Positions 12,901 through 24,445 of a DNA stretch of 64,000 nt are shown one piece after another. Below the pieces are notes generated by a model. That model was not told the DNA's origin and ran no database searches. It was given only the letters and a program-made list of their open reading frames with translations. Origin of the DNA: Tubulanus polymorphus (lineage: Eukaryota; Animalia; Nemertea); NCBI RefSeq assembly GCF_964204645.1, contig NC_134035.1:10572451-10636450 (forward strand). Direction: 5' to 3'. Position numbers and translations under genes: made by a program. The first letter of the stretch is position 1, and each line of letters begins with the position of its first letter.

Positions 12901-15900
12901 CATCCCGGTGAATTTCAATAATAAGAATAATAATAATGCGATTTATAAAGCGCTAAATCCAGCCAAGCTGCTCAGAACGCTTTGTATACATGTCATAAAA
13001 TGCCTCCCTAGAAAGAAAGTATTATGGATGTGAAGTTTGACGTGCATCATAATGTAATATCCTATCATATATCTTTATTATCACGCGCGAAACTGACTAA
13101 AAGAAGAATCAATTCGCTGTAAATTTTCTCATTCTCTTCCATCGAAAAGATTTGTTTATTTTTGTATGCCATTATTCATTGGCTGAACATCTGATTTTTT
13201 TTTCACGAAATTAAATTCATCTTGGGGTTTACTTGCTATTGAAATGAATAATTAATATCACATGTTTGCGGTACAATCTTATTAGCTGAATTATGCTGGC
13301 TTATAGGCCTATAGAGCATTATATCAAGGGCTTTTTTTATCTTAAAATAGGGATTGACCCTGTTATTTATTTGATTGGTAGATTTCGTTTGATTAGTTTT
13401 GATTTGGTGTCCCTTACAAACTCGCCACGCCTACAATGAGCGAAACAGGGGTTCAATTTTGAAAATTGGAAATCGAAGTACAGATATAGTTGTGAGATCG
13501 ACGGTCGATTGTACATTATTTTTTGTTTAAATCGAAGTAAGCATGATTGAAAATTTCAGTTCAGGTTCATCCAAAAAATCTTCCATCCAGCCACGGGCTT
13601 TTTTTTTTGTGATGAATGTTTGTTTTTTTTTTTAATCTTAAAATAGGGATTGTCCCTGTTGTTTATTTGGTTTGTAAATTTCGTTAGATTTTTTGATTGA
13701 GTGTCCCTTACAGACCCACCACACCTGCCGGGAGCGAAACAGGGGGTTTGATTTTGAAATCGGAAATCGAAGTACAGATATAGGTTGTGTGATCGGCGGT
13801 CTAATTTACAGAATTTTCTTTTTTAAATCGAAGTACATAATTGGAAATTCGGTTCCGGTTCATTCAAACAATCTTCCAAGCATTGGGCCACGGGCTTTTT
13901 TAGCGAGTTGTAGTTTAGAAATAGTACAAAGTCTCGCATGAGCTGACCCCGATTACTGACAAAATCGAAATATCCATCATCAATCTATTACTGACACGTA
14001 TTGTATTGCGTCGAATGAATAAATAATCAGCCGGGATGAAATTTTTAGGCGGTTACTTCGCAGATCGAATAATTGCGAAAGTTTGAGTTACTAGAAATCA
14101 GTATCGTCGACGCGAAAATACTCGAAACGTGACACCATCCGCTCAGAGAAATCTCAATCATTATCGGACTTTCCGCCGTGTTTCGCAATAGTTCGCGCAG
14201 TTTCGTCTGCGCGGTATATCTGTCCGTCAACACGTGGGATTTAATTCTATCGCCACAAGTTGATCGAAGTTATTATTTTCGAATCATTAATTTCTAATGA
14301 TACATCATCACGTGCGTGTCACGTTCCAAACTGCCGAAATCGCGGTTGTGAAGTGTTGTTAAACGGAATACAGTCCGGGTTATTTACTTCAAGCGAATGC
14401 GAAGAGGGCTCGATGTTGTTTTTCATCGGTTGCTCGGGTTATTTCAACTATTTCAACTCGTGGTTGTTTTTACTAAACATTTTTTTCTGGCCAATGTCAA
14501 GTATAGTATAGCCAACGAGATGAATAATTCAAATGCGGCGTCGGTTGCGCATGTCGAGTGGAATTTGCTGTTGATTATTAATGAATATAGGAGGGGAAAA
14601 AACGAAAAGGAGAACATAACACTTTGACGCGTTTGTTTATCCAGCTCGGGAAGGCCGTACAGCAACCTGCTTGGGCAGTGGTTTCTGCCACACGCTACAG
14701 AATTCGAGAAGAACTTCTGATGAATTTGAAAAAAAAATTCGCGACACGATCGAAAAAACTGATCGGCAGTACGACCGACCTATTTACATGAAACTTTGAA
14801 TTCCCACGTGTTCCGTACGTACAAGCAATTTCCCGATTAATTCATTTTTAAAAACGCGCACACACACAAACACACAGACACATTCACGTTTCCGATCACG
14901 ATCTCATCTCGAGATGTCTCATCTTCTTTCATTTGCATTTCGTGACGAGCGACGGCCGAGAATATTTCGATTCATCAAACTTGCATATGTTATCAATCGC
15001 TATATGTCTCTATAAGGGAGAAATTTTTTTAGAAACGAAACGAAATTCAGAATCAGAATCGTGGATGATTATACAGTGTCTTTCAAAAGGAAAGAAAGGT
15101 AATGCGGGGTTTTCTTTATTCTCCGTCCTCTTTTTCCAGGTGCCTGCTCGGGTAAAGCATGTAAACGATACGGCATCACGCGATTTGAAAGAAAAAATCT
15201 TTATTTTCTCGCAGCGGCTGCGGTTAATATCGAGTGTCAACACAGTTCCGACGAGAAAAAAATCACCTCGAAACAACGAAACCAGTCGACGAAATGCCGC
15301 GTAACTATTCACAGCGCTGCGCGGATTAATAATTCAATCGCCGTCCGAAATGAAAAGAAGATTTCATTATTTTCTTCCATTTCGGAATGGATAAAACAAG
15401 GCGATTACGAATACGGTTCGCGCATATCGAGAAACGTGCCGGCGAGCCCGTGTTTGAAATCATAGCCGCCGGCTCCAGTTTCATTCCGGAGCGTGCGCGC
15501 GCATTTGTATCGCTGTTGATCGAATCGAATTGGACAGTTCCGCCGAGCCGTGTCTGCGCGATGACGCGGCGATCCGTCGTGGTTGTGATCGAGTCACCCG
15601 GGATGAAGTTTCGTTGAGTATTTACCGCGTTTTGCGGTCGACGCCCGATCAAACGTACAAAGTAACGGCCCAGTCGAAAGTAACGACCTGGCCGTGCGGG
15701 AATTGTTTTAGGGAATTCGATCGGTTTACTTTCCGCCCCCCTCTGATGTTTAACGAGCGCGTAGCTGAAAATCGCTATTTGATTATCGTGTTTCTTTATG
15801 CACACAGAAAAAACTCTGTAAACTCCGCGTCGAAATGAATGTCGTTTCGATTGCTAATAATGTGATAACTGGATATCTAAAAAAGCAATTCCATTATGAA

Positions 15901-16739
15901 TGCGTATTTTTGTTGTATGATAATGATAATAGATGCCCCTACTATATAGCACTGTTCCATTAGCGGAGCTATTGTTCATAACACTGTCTTTCCAGTATAG
16001 GGCGATGACAAACTGCCAAAGTAATAAGGCCGACTTGAACTTTGCAGCAAGACTGAGTTGATTTGGCGACTTACTCCATAAGTTTGAAGCATAGACCGAG
16101 GAACTCTGGGATGAAGATACTATTTGCCCATAGTCCGTAGTGAACGCAGAATAACAGGACCCGGTTCCACAGTTGGGAGTAAGAGTCAACTCTGAACTCA
16201 GGACCCAGTTCCAAAGTTGTGAAATAGAGTTAACTCTGAACTCAGGACCCAGTTCCACAGTTGTGAATTAGAGTTAACTCTGAACTCAGGACCCAGTTCC
16301 AAAGTTGTGAATCAGAGTTAACTCTGAACTCAGGAAACAATTCCAGAGTTGTGAATTAGAGTTAACTCTGAACTCAGGACCCAGTTCCAAAGTTGTGAAT
16401 TAGAGTTAACTCTGAACTCAGGAACCAGTTCCACAGTTGTAAAATAGAGTTGACTCCGAGTTAAAATCAGTTCATTGTCGATGAGTTAACTCTGAGTCAA
16501 ATCTTAACACAGAACTGTGGAACTGGGCCCAGAAGGGTATACGCCCATACGCTTCCATCGGTAACATCATATCCAACAGTCTTCTATCGGCGCCCACTTG
16601 CCCGATTGAATCATTAGATCTAACATTAACCGATAAGTAATTACCTGCAATCAAGTCTCCGAGCGGATGCTGTTAGGATTTGCAGTAATATCAAACTGAT
16701 GAAACACAACACGGACAAACTCAATTGCGGCTTCTTCAT
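9917..16739 (-). CDS. Elevenin (L11-type) neuropeptide precursor, 122 aa, 4 coding exons
   Basis: Exons 16739-16645 (MKKPQLSLSVLCFISLILLQILTASARRLDC+AG|GTAATT), 11631-11557 (tttttacag|A KYVFAPRCRGVSAKRSSDANSVDE AG|GTTTGT), 11094-10953 (cggtag|T LGVLSEL...KRDEGDITWGNTFPSNDQQR|GTGCGT), 9973-9917 (ttttacag|LRTIEILQKLLRHLSSSE*). All phases match (2,2,0). A signal peptide is followed directly by RRLDCRKYVFAPRCRGVSA-KR, matching the elevenin consensus (L/I)DCxxFVFAPxCRGVxA. The last two exons are somewhat less certain than the first two. Confidence 0.92.
11144..11373. mobile_element. Non-autonomous DNA transposon (MITE) in an elevenin intron
   Basis: TIRs CAGGGGCGGATCT / AGATCCGCCCTG, flanked on both sides by TCATT (candidate 5-bp target-site duplication). 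G-runs inside. Confidence 0.8.
12056..12382. mobile_element. Fold-back/MITE element with ~38-bp inverted termini containing a tRNA-like B-box
   Basis: Left CATCCTCCCCCGGCAGGGATTCGAACCTGATGGCATCG versus right CGATGCCATCAGGTTCCAATCCCTGCCGAGGGAAGATG; inner inverted segments as well. A related copy lies at 34750-34885 and a solo arm near 36050-36075. Confidence 0.8.
12916..12990 (-). mobile_element. LINE/SINE (L2/CR1-type) 3' tail remnant
   Basis: Minus strand reads AAAGCGTTCTGAGCAGCTTGGCTGGATTTAGCGCTTTATAAATCGC followed by (ATT)n: a 3' stem-loop plus short-repeat tail typical of L2/CR1-mobilised elements. Confidence 0.55.
13328..13900. repeat. Two tandem copies (~270-300 bp) of a dispersed repeat family
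   Basis: ATCTTAAAATAGGGATTG.CCCTGTT...GTGTCCCTTACA...GAGCGAAACAGGGG...GGAAATCGAAGTACAGATATAG...GCCACGGGCTTTTT occurs twice here. Partial copies occur at ~28731-28890 (+) and ~49594-49735 (-, PanK-like intron 3). Confidence 0.85.
16155..16532. mobile_element. PIF/Harbinger-like MITE whose left 44 bp is tandemly amplified (7 units)
   Basis: Units start at 16155, 16199, 16243, 16287, 16331, 16375 and 16419 (CAGGACCCAGTTCCAMAGTTGTGAATTAGAGTTAACTCTGAACT). The last unit continues into a full element ending AACTGTGGAACTGGGCC|cag. Confidence 0.9.
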
Positions 16740-19700
16740 TTTTGTGTTGGTATAAACAAAGCTTTCGTACTTTTACTTCTGAAAATAGACCAAAACAAAC
16801 AAAGAAAATGAATTAGAAAAAAAGAAACCCATGGTTATTCGTGTGATAATCTGAAAGTAATCTTCTCTCATTTGATGAAAACGTAACGATGATTGGAAAT
16901 TGAAACTTTCCACAGGAAAGTCACAAAAATCAACCATACAGGTCTAAGCCAACTCGAAAGTCTATACAAAACGCACGAAAATAACGACAACTTCACGTGA
17001 AGATGTTTCTAGCTATGGTATTAGAAGTCTTTCAATCGATCGAAGAGTATCACCGCCGACTAAAGCGTCCTTTCGGTCAACATTTCCGAAGCGGAAGTAT
17101 AAACCTTTGTTGTTTTTATTTGTCGGCGATGGAAGTGACGACACCGGAAGTAACACGCATTCGTTTTAATGGGGAACGCGCGCCAAAAGCGGCTCTGATC
17201 CATCTCTGCGTATCTGGGTAAACGATTAGAAATTGCGCCTTTACAATCGTCGAATATAATCACCCATAACCCCCCCCCCCCCCAAAAAAAAGAATCGTAG
17301 AAAGTGTCGGATGGAAGTTTGCAAATGGCAGCCGGAAGTTGACATTTATCGCTCTTCCTTTGCGTTCAACTTTCGGATGAAAATAAGAGAAATAGAAACT
17401 ACAGCTAAAACCCGATCAACAAACGTGTAATGTCACCATTAAGGAAAAGGAGACACTTTATTTTACTATATCGGAAGAATAATCTCGCATCACTTTATGG
17501 ACGAACCAACGGCGAAGTGCTTACGATTTTTGAAAGTTGGCGATTGCGTCAATCCGAAAACGAATCTTCATCGAAAACGGGCAACGAATTAGATAAATAA
17601 CGACTGTGATTGTCGGGGGAATTGCGGCATAAATCTGAAATACTATTCTGAAAGTGTCTTCGTTACTCAGGAATTATATGACCGAATCGGAAATGAGTTG
17701 GACGTTTGTCTATTTCCTCTGTCTGTTTGACATCAAATAATCTTTGCTCGCAAAATGACCTTATTATCATACAACTACTGTCTGACGCTCGGGCGGAAAA
17801 ACTTCTCGAGAGTTGTGTCCACTTTTTACCGGTGCGTGGGGTAGACGTAAAGTTTCATTTCACGATATCAAATGAAACTAACCCAAAAACACGCATATAT
17901 TAAGAAACACTTTAAGATATCAAAAATAGGGTCGATTGTACAGGTTTGATGTCAAGTCGGTTAATGTTCTTAGATCTATACCATTAGATCAACCTGCTTT
18001 AGAACCAAAATGAGAATCGGAATATGTAAAATTGGTGTTTGCTGTGGATTTGATTTCTGAAAGCTACGGATCCTGCAAAAAAGCTTCACGATGAAGGTAT
18101 GCCTTACCGTAACATATACGGCATTGAACAGTTTGGAATTACGTGCTTCCTGGTGGAATTACGGTGAGGTGACTTTCTTCATTTTCTAAACGCACAAATT
18201 ATCGACGTTTTCGAAATGTTTGGCTTATGGAAACATTCAATGCCATTCAATACCATCAAGGGTTTATTTCGTCGCAAGCAAAAACGAAGATCAAAAACTA
18301 TGAAAGGGAAATGTATGGAATTTCGTGTACGCTTATTGCTACTTAGATATCAGCCAAAAACGACGGATCGGAACACGCGTGCAGTATAAGCCTCGTGTAA
18401 CCGCCGCGATGCCTCGGGTCCTTCGATTACGGATTATAGCTTGTACGGTCGTTTGAATGCGCTGTGCGACACTTAAGCGAGCGAAATAACCATTTAGCCA
18501 ACAGATATTTAAATGGAGTCCTGTAAACAGTGGCAACAAGCTTTAAATGGACAGCTTATGAATTTTATATGTAGATTATTTGCGTGCGTGCGTGCGTGCG
18601 TGCGTGATTTCGCCTTTTGAGCGGCGGCGAATCGTTGAATACGATACCCGATCATTAACACGCCAGAAACGACTCAAGTGCACTTCAGTAACGGAATAGG
18701 GGTCTCTTCCCGGCGTAGTACTCACTACAGTATATACTTCGCTCAAGTCGGATCTTTTCGGACCGCAGAAATGTGTCCGAGTTGAACGGTTATCCAAGTT
18801 GATAGGATCCGACTCGGGCGGAGTCTGCTGTATAAAAGTTCCGTAATGAACGCTTGATACGCTGACCGTCGAATCAGATAGATTGAAAATAGAATTGACA
18901 CATCGAGAATTTCAAGAAGATTGCTAATGTTTGAAACAAAATGGCCGAATGCTTATTTTCATATTTCTTTATTCCCCAAATGGATCCAATCAATATCTGC
19001 GTATTTTACAATACGCCGAGAACCGCGTGTACTCGGTGAATGTACTTAAAGGTACGAATGCCCTCCAAATAGAATATTGTGTAAAAGCTTAATCATCATG
19101 TGTTTTCATTTTTGGACACTTGTCTTCAGTTTACAGTCGTGTTCATGCTATGCCATTTTGCTTTTTTCCACTTACGGGCATTTATTGTTGTAAATGATTG
19201 TGTTACGATTGTTCGTGCAAAGTTTTCTTTCCAAATAGTTCGGATTCTATTTGGTTAAAATCTGATTAACGTTATTAAACTCGAATCCTATAGACGATTG
19301 AGGCATCGGGTTCGTTCGTCAACATCCCCGCGGTGTGAACATCGGAAAACTCGCGCAATGATATAAACGCGTTAAATTGCTCGTCAAACCGGTAGATTAG
19401 TATCAACCTTCAATTTAGATTTCAGTTGCTCCCCTGCAATCATCGGCAATTCGATTTGAAAATAAATTGGCCGCGCTATGATAAAAACCGCCGTGGAAAT
19501 TCACCGCGACTAGACGCGTGGTATATGCAAGGATGCAAGGGGTATCATGTGGCATCGTCTGCGAGCGACTGATCCCCGCCTACGCGAATCCCACTCTCTT
19601 ATTGCATCTTCGTATTCAAAAAAGGCGTCTTTTTTATCTCTCTTGATTTCTGGCTAGTTAATCATTTTTCTAGTGTAGGATTTACCATTACTTTCTTTTG

Positions 19701-22700
19701 TGAACAGAGACCTAAAAGTTCTTTTGCGAACACGAATACGATGAAAAAAATTACAGACGAGCTTAAAGATGTATACAATGACGACATCGATCTTGTGAAG
19801 TTTGTCAGTTGTCTTAAGATTTAGATTTAGTTTATAATGTCAAAGATAGTTTAGCAGTTGAATTTGTTCCGGCGTCGAATCGAACTTAGTTTGGAAATAT
19901 CGCATTCAAGTGACCACTTGTCGGCGGAATAATGATTTCACAATGAATATCTATCGTAGGGAAACTAATTAAGTACGGCCCAATTCGTTCCTAATAATAT
20001 TTCGGATCGATAATTTTTTATTGCCTATGAAGTTATCGCGGCCATCAATGACATTATATCGAGCTCTTGTGAAGATTGTTTTCTTCATAGAGTACGGCGA
20101 GTGTCATGCAATATGATAGACCGCCGTCGAGTTGGGCGCAATACTCCTAATGGCACACAAATGTATTGCAATAAAGATGATTTTCCCTGGCTACGGGGTG
20201 GCCGTAGTAGGGTAGTAAACGCGGGCGCCGGTAATTCATTCAGTCACATTGTCTAGAAGCATTTGTTGTAAGGGGCGGATAAAAACGAGTACCTTTAGGT
20301 CTTCAAGTGCAAAACCACTAGGTTCTTTTAAATCAGCTTTTCAATACGCATTTCCACGTAACGAACTCACGTAATATAGTTACTCCAATTAGATAAGTAC
20401 TTCAACACATAATCTAAGTTAATGACAAGTAATCAAATAGTGATAAATGATGATAAACCAGAGTTTGTCTTAAGACAAGTATCGAAAGATACCGCAATGT
20501 GACCAAGCGTTAGTTCATGGTCTATCATCATGGCCCATTTCCAGAAATATAGATATGTTATTGTGATTTGTATCATTTTCTTCGAAACCATCTAAAACAA
20601 GTAATAGGAATTTCAGCAAAGGCGCTTTCTGTGTATTCACAAAGACCTGATACATTAGAGAAATTGGTTTCGGCAATAGATCATCGGACGTTTTTTTTTC
20701 TGTAAATGCCATTTATATCCGGTGATAAAAAGCTTGAAATGTGAGTCTCATCACTGTTTGTTCGTGTATGAAATGTGATCCGAACGAAGACCATTATATA
20801 TATAAACGGATTTATCCTTGGGGAGGCATGGCTTATCTAAACTTTTAAAGAAACTGACGACTGGACCAACGCGTTCTGAGAGGTTTACGTTCAACCCTTG
20901 TTTTTATCTGTCTCACAAAGGCGCATTCACGCAGTATATCAGGCGAGAGAGTAGATTAGGATTATTTTTCCTAATCGAATCCTTCCCGGATAATCTTGTC
21001 GAGATAATTGGCGGTCGAATTTGGACATTTTTCCATTCATAAGATTTTTGAAATCATACATATATTATAATTTCTAGAATCGGTTTATATAATCGAATAA
21101 TTCTGCATTCTAGAAAAGATACTTGTAGCGGCGATCTAATCGCGTAGGTGGAAATGGAGCCACCCGTTCGGTGTACGAAAAACGCTGCCCACGGAAATTT
21201 AAAGAAAAGCGCTAAAACGCAATCACGAGCCCCGACACGCGATATCAGCTTTCGTGTTACAGGTAAATTAAATTTGTTAGACTCGGATGTCAACCGGCGC
21301 TGAAGATGTAACTGAGATTCACGTGGAATTAATCACTGCGGATTGTCAGTTATAACTGATAATGGTAAATGAATTAGTCTAACATGGGGGCAATCAAGCG
21401 AAAGCATCTGCTTATAGTGAATTGAGTTATGCGCGCTCCCCGTGTTGGACTCCGTTGGAAAAAATGACGACGTGTCATACCTATATATAAAAATTCCTTT
21501 TTTTCCCTCGGGCCGACGTTTGTTTTGTTTGTGCCACTTTTCGCCGAGCAACTCTTTAATATCATCAGGATCAGAATCGTAGCAGTAAAATCTCGTCAAA
21601 GCTTTACTAGGCGTGATGCCCGTAGCTGATGGATTAACAGATTAACGGCCCATCTGTTCGTCCCTCCGGTCGTGCTTATACGGACGGGAAAACGCTTCAC
21701 TCTGTCTTCATCAAAGCGATCAGGATCGTATCGATAGCTCTTTAATATTTGAAACTATTGTGTTTCCGGCCGCGCTGTTTAAAGATTATATTCGAAGCTT
21801 TTACTTTTGAAATCACCAATAAAGACGGTTTATGTTCGAAAATCTGCGTAGATATTTTTCGATTTTCTGAAATTGAATACTCGCGGTGCGTTCTCTCGTA
21901 TATCGGGAACGCTACGTTCTCTTGGGTCCATGCTAGACCGTTATCATCAACTAATTCTAAGACGCAGTTTTCCCATGTTACTTAGAAATATTTTGCCGAA
22001 TAAATACGGTCGAAACTGAAGGAAGAAGTTCTGGTTTTTATCACGCGATGGCCCAATTTTCCGATGTTTCTAATTAAGGACACAAGTCTGGTGCGGTTGA
22101 TTGAAATATTTCTTTTGTCTGGTGAGATAGTTCTTATCACCTCTAACAATAGAAACGGATATCAGCGTCCAGTCAGTAACTATTGGCCAAACTATGGGAT
22201 GCATACGGCCAACCAGATATCTTAGGAAGATAGAAGTACTTGACATTCCTATCGTGAAGGCGAACATGCCTCCGTGGACTGTATATATATGTATGACATT
22301 ATGCGGATGGTAATGATGAAAATCACGAATTTCTTATTTGATATTTATGAACAACCGTTCGGCGTTCTCATCAACCGACGCTGGAATTCACCGTGGCATA
22401 CGTTAATGGCGAACTATGTCGTTCTAGCCGTATTGTATTTGGCCATCATGGTCGACTGGCTTCGGTATTATCGGTTAGATCGTATATTGCCGGTTAACAT
22501 GCTCGAGACATCGATCAAGGCGGGCCTCAAATAAACCACTGACCATGTTTCGCATGTTGCCGGACATACTCGCGTAGATAAATCGTGATTACATCCTAAT
22601 GAAGACCTTTTCGTACTCAGACCTCTCAATATTAATAAGCCCGACACGAAACTGATACCGGAGTATGAAAAATGATTTATTAGTTGCAATTCTTCATATA

Positions 22701-23198
22701 CAAAATAACCAATAAAGGTAATGAAGCCACGCATAACAATAGACTACGAATCAAATTCCTTTCAAGCAGAGGTTTTTTAGTTAATGGATTTTCTTAATTA
22801 ATGTTTTTAGCAGTTCGGAAAGTGGGTTTAGCCAAACCTCATATTAAAGCATCAAATGTTGAACTTAAAGTAGAATCCATCAACCACTCCGAAACGCCTA
22901 TATTAGCTAATATCGAGGGGGAACTGATAACAGCAAATTTTAATAGAAGATGAAAGCAATTTCGTTGAGAAAACGTTTCGTTATAGAGTATGGATGCACT
23001 CGATCCCCTCCAACCCCAGTGACACTACCCCTGCGTATAGACGGGTATAGTTTCAGGGGATTTACGAGTCTAGTGGATACAGTCGCTCGCTCGCTGCGTT
23101 CCGATTCCGTTCACGAGCGGTAAAACGGTAACTGGGATTATTCGAACGTTTGCGTGATTAAGAGATCTGGTGCAGAATTGATCAGATCATGTTGAAAC

Positions 23199-23470
23199 GC
23201 TGTTGTGCATATTGTTTTAACCGAATCAAGTTTCATGTAAACTGAACGGAGCCCTCCTTTTACTGATGTAATGCTGTTATGCAAATTGTTATAGATGAAT
23301 CCAATGCTATCTAATAAACGGAGTCCTCCTCTTCTTGAAACTGTTGTACATATTGTTATAGACGAATCAAAATTTCATTCAAATCGAACGGAGCCCTCCT
23401 TTTCCTGACGATATGCTGTTGTACATATTGCTATAGACTAATCAAATACCATTTAAACTGAACGGATACC
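23199..23470. repeat. Degenerate ~70-bp tandem repeat, about 4 units
   Basis: Recurrent CTGTTGTACATATTGTTATAGACGAATCAA...AACGGAGCCCTCCTTTT at ~23199, ~23273, ~23341 and ~23415. Confidence 0.75.
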
Positions 23471-24264
23471 GCTGTTAAAAGTTGCTGATCATAGATTTTA
23501 TGTGGGTGGAGGTGAATAACGTGAGTTTCTATCAAAAGTTCGGTAACAATTATTGATTCGTAATTCAAGTATTAAGCCATAGACCCTATCATATCGCCCA
23601 CGGGTAATTCCGCTCAATTTGCGATTACATTTAGAATTCATTTTCAAGAGTCAATTAGTTTTTTTGCTAGCTACGATCTCTTAATAATTGATGATATTTG
23701 ATACTTGATATTCGAATGAATACGATTTGAAAGATAAATGTATGAATACTAATACTAATCAGATGAGCGTAATCTTTTTGACATTTTCATGTAGTTTAGT
23801 CATTTTTTTTCAGTTTGTTCACGCGCTCGATCTAACAGCTAATTTAGATTAAGCGTACGATCAATTCTATCGTCGTAAATTCTAACTTCGGGCAATAACC
23901 GTTTAGTATCCATTGTGTTCTCGTTATAGTTGCGTTAAATTTACACCAAAAACGAATCGTGTCGTTTAGTGTAAACAATGTAGTTTCGTTTCACGAAATG
24001 TGCGCGCGTTGATAGCATTTTAAAATGTTTATTGCAAACTGGTTTTTTTTCAATGTTTTTTTCTTTTTAGATTTCTAACTGCTAGAGGACTTCTACGTAA
24101 CGTCATAGTTTGCTGCCAACCGGTGCAGTAGACTTTATATGCATAACAACATACGAAAATGTGATTTACCAACTTCGAAGGTTTGTCATATACGTCGTCA
24201 CTGTCTTATCGTGGGTTACGTCGAAAAAGTCCAATGCTTCATCGAGATCTCTATGTAACCACCG

Positions 24265-24445
24265 AAATTCAAATTCAATTCAAATTCAAAGTTTATTGCT
24301 CAACAAACGACATTTGCGCAGAGCAGGTAAATACAAAAAAGAAAAAAAGCAATACAAGAAAATGAAAGGCTTAAGTGTACATAATTCGACAGTGAATGAA
24401 CATCATGGTTATGTACAATTACTTAAGAAAACCATGCCCCTTTTT
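24265..24445 (-). mobile_element. LINE (CR1/L2-like) 3' end remnant
   Basis: Minus strand ...TGCTCTGCGCAAATGTCGTTTGTTGAGCAATAAAC followed by a (TTGAAT)n-like tail. A similar TGCTCTGAGCAAAT...GAGCAATA ending occurs on + at ~26920-26970 and, more decayed, at ~39695-39735. Confidence 0.55.

Noticed and set aside
14933-15838. Cluster of overlapping 100-160 aa ORFs on both strands
   Set aside because: Locally GC/CpG-richer intronic DNA; no domain similarity or consistent splice structure.
16155-16462. 44-bp periodic array superficially like a CRISPR array
   Set aside because: Units are contiguous with no unique spacers, match a dispersed MITE terminus, and the DNA is eukaryotic with no cas genes.
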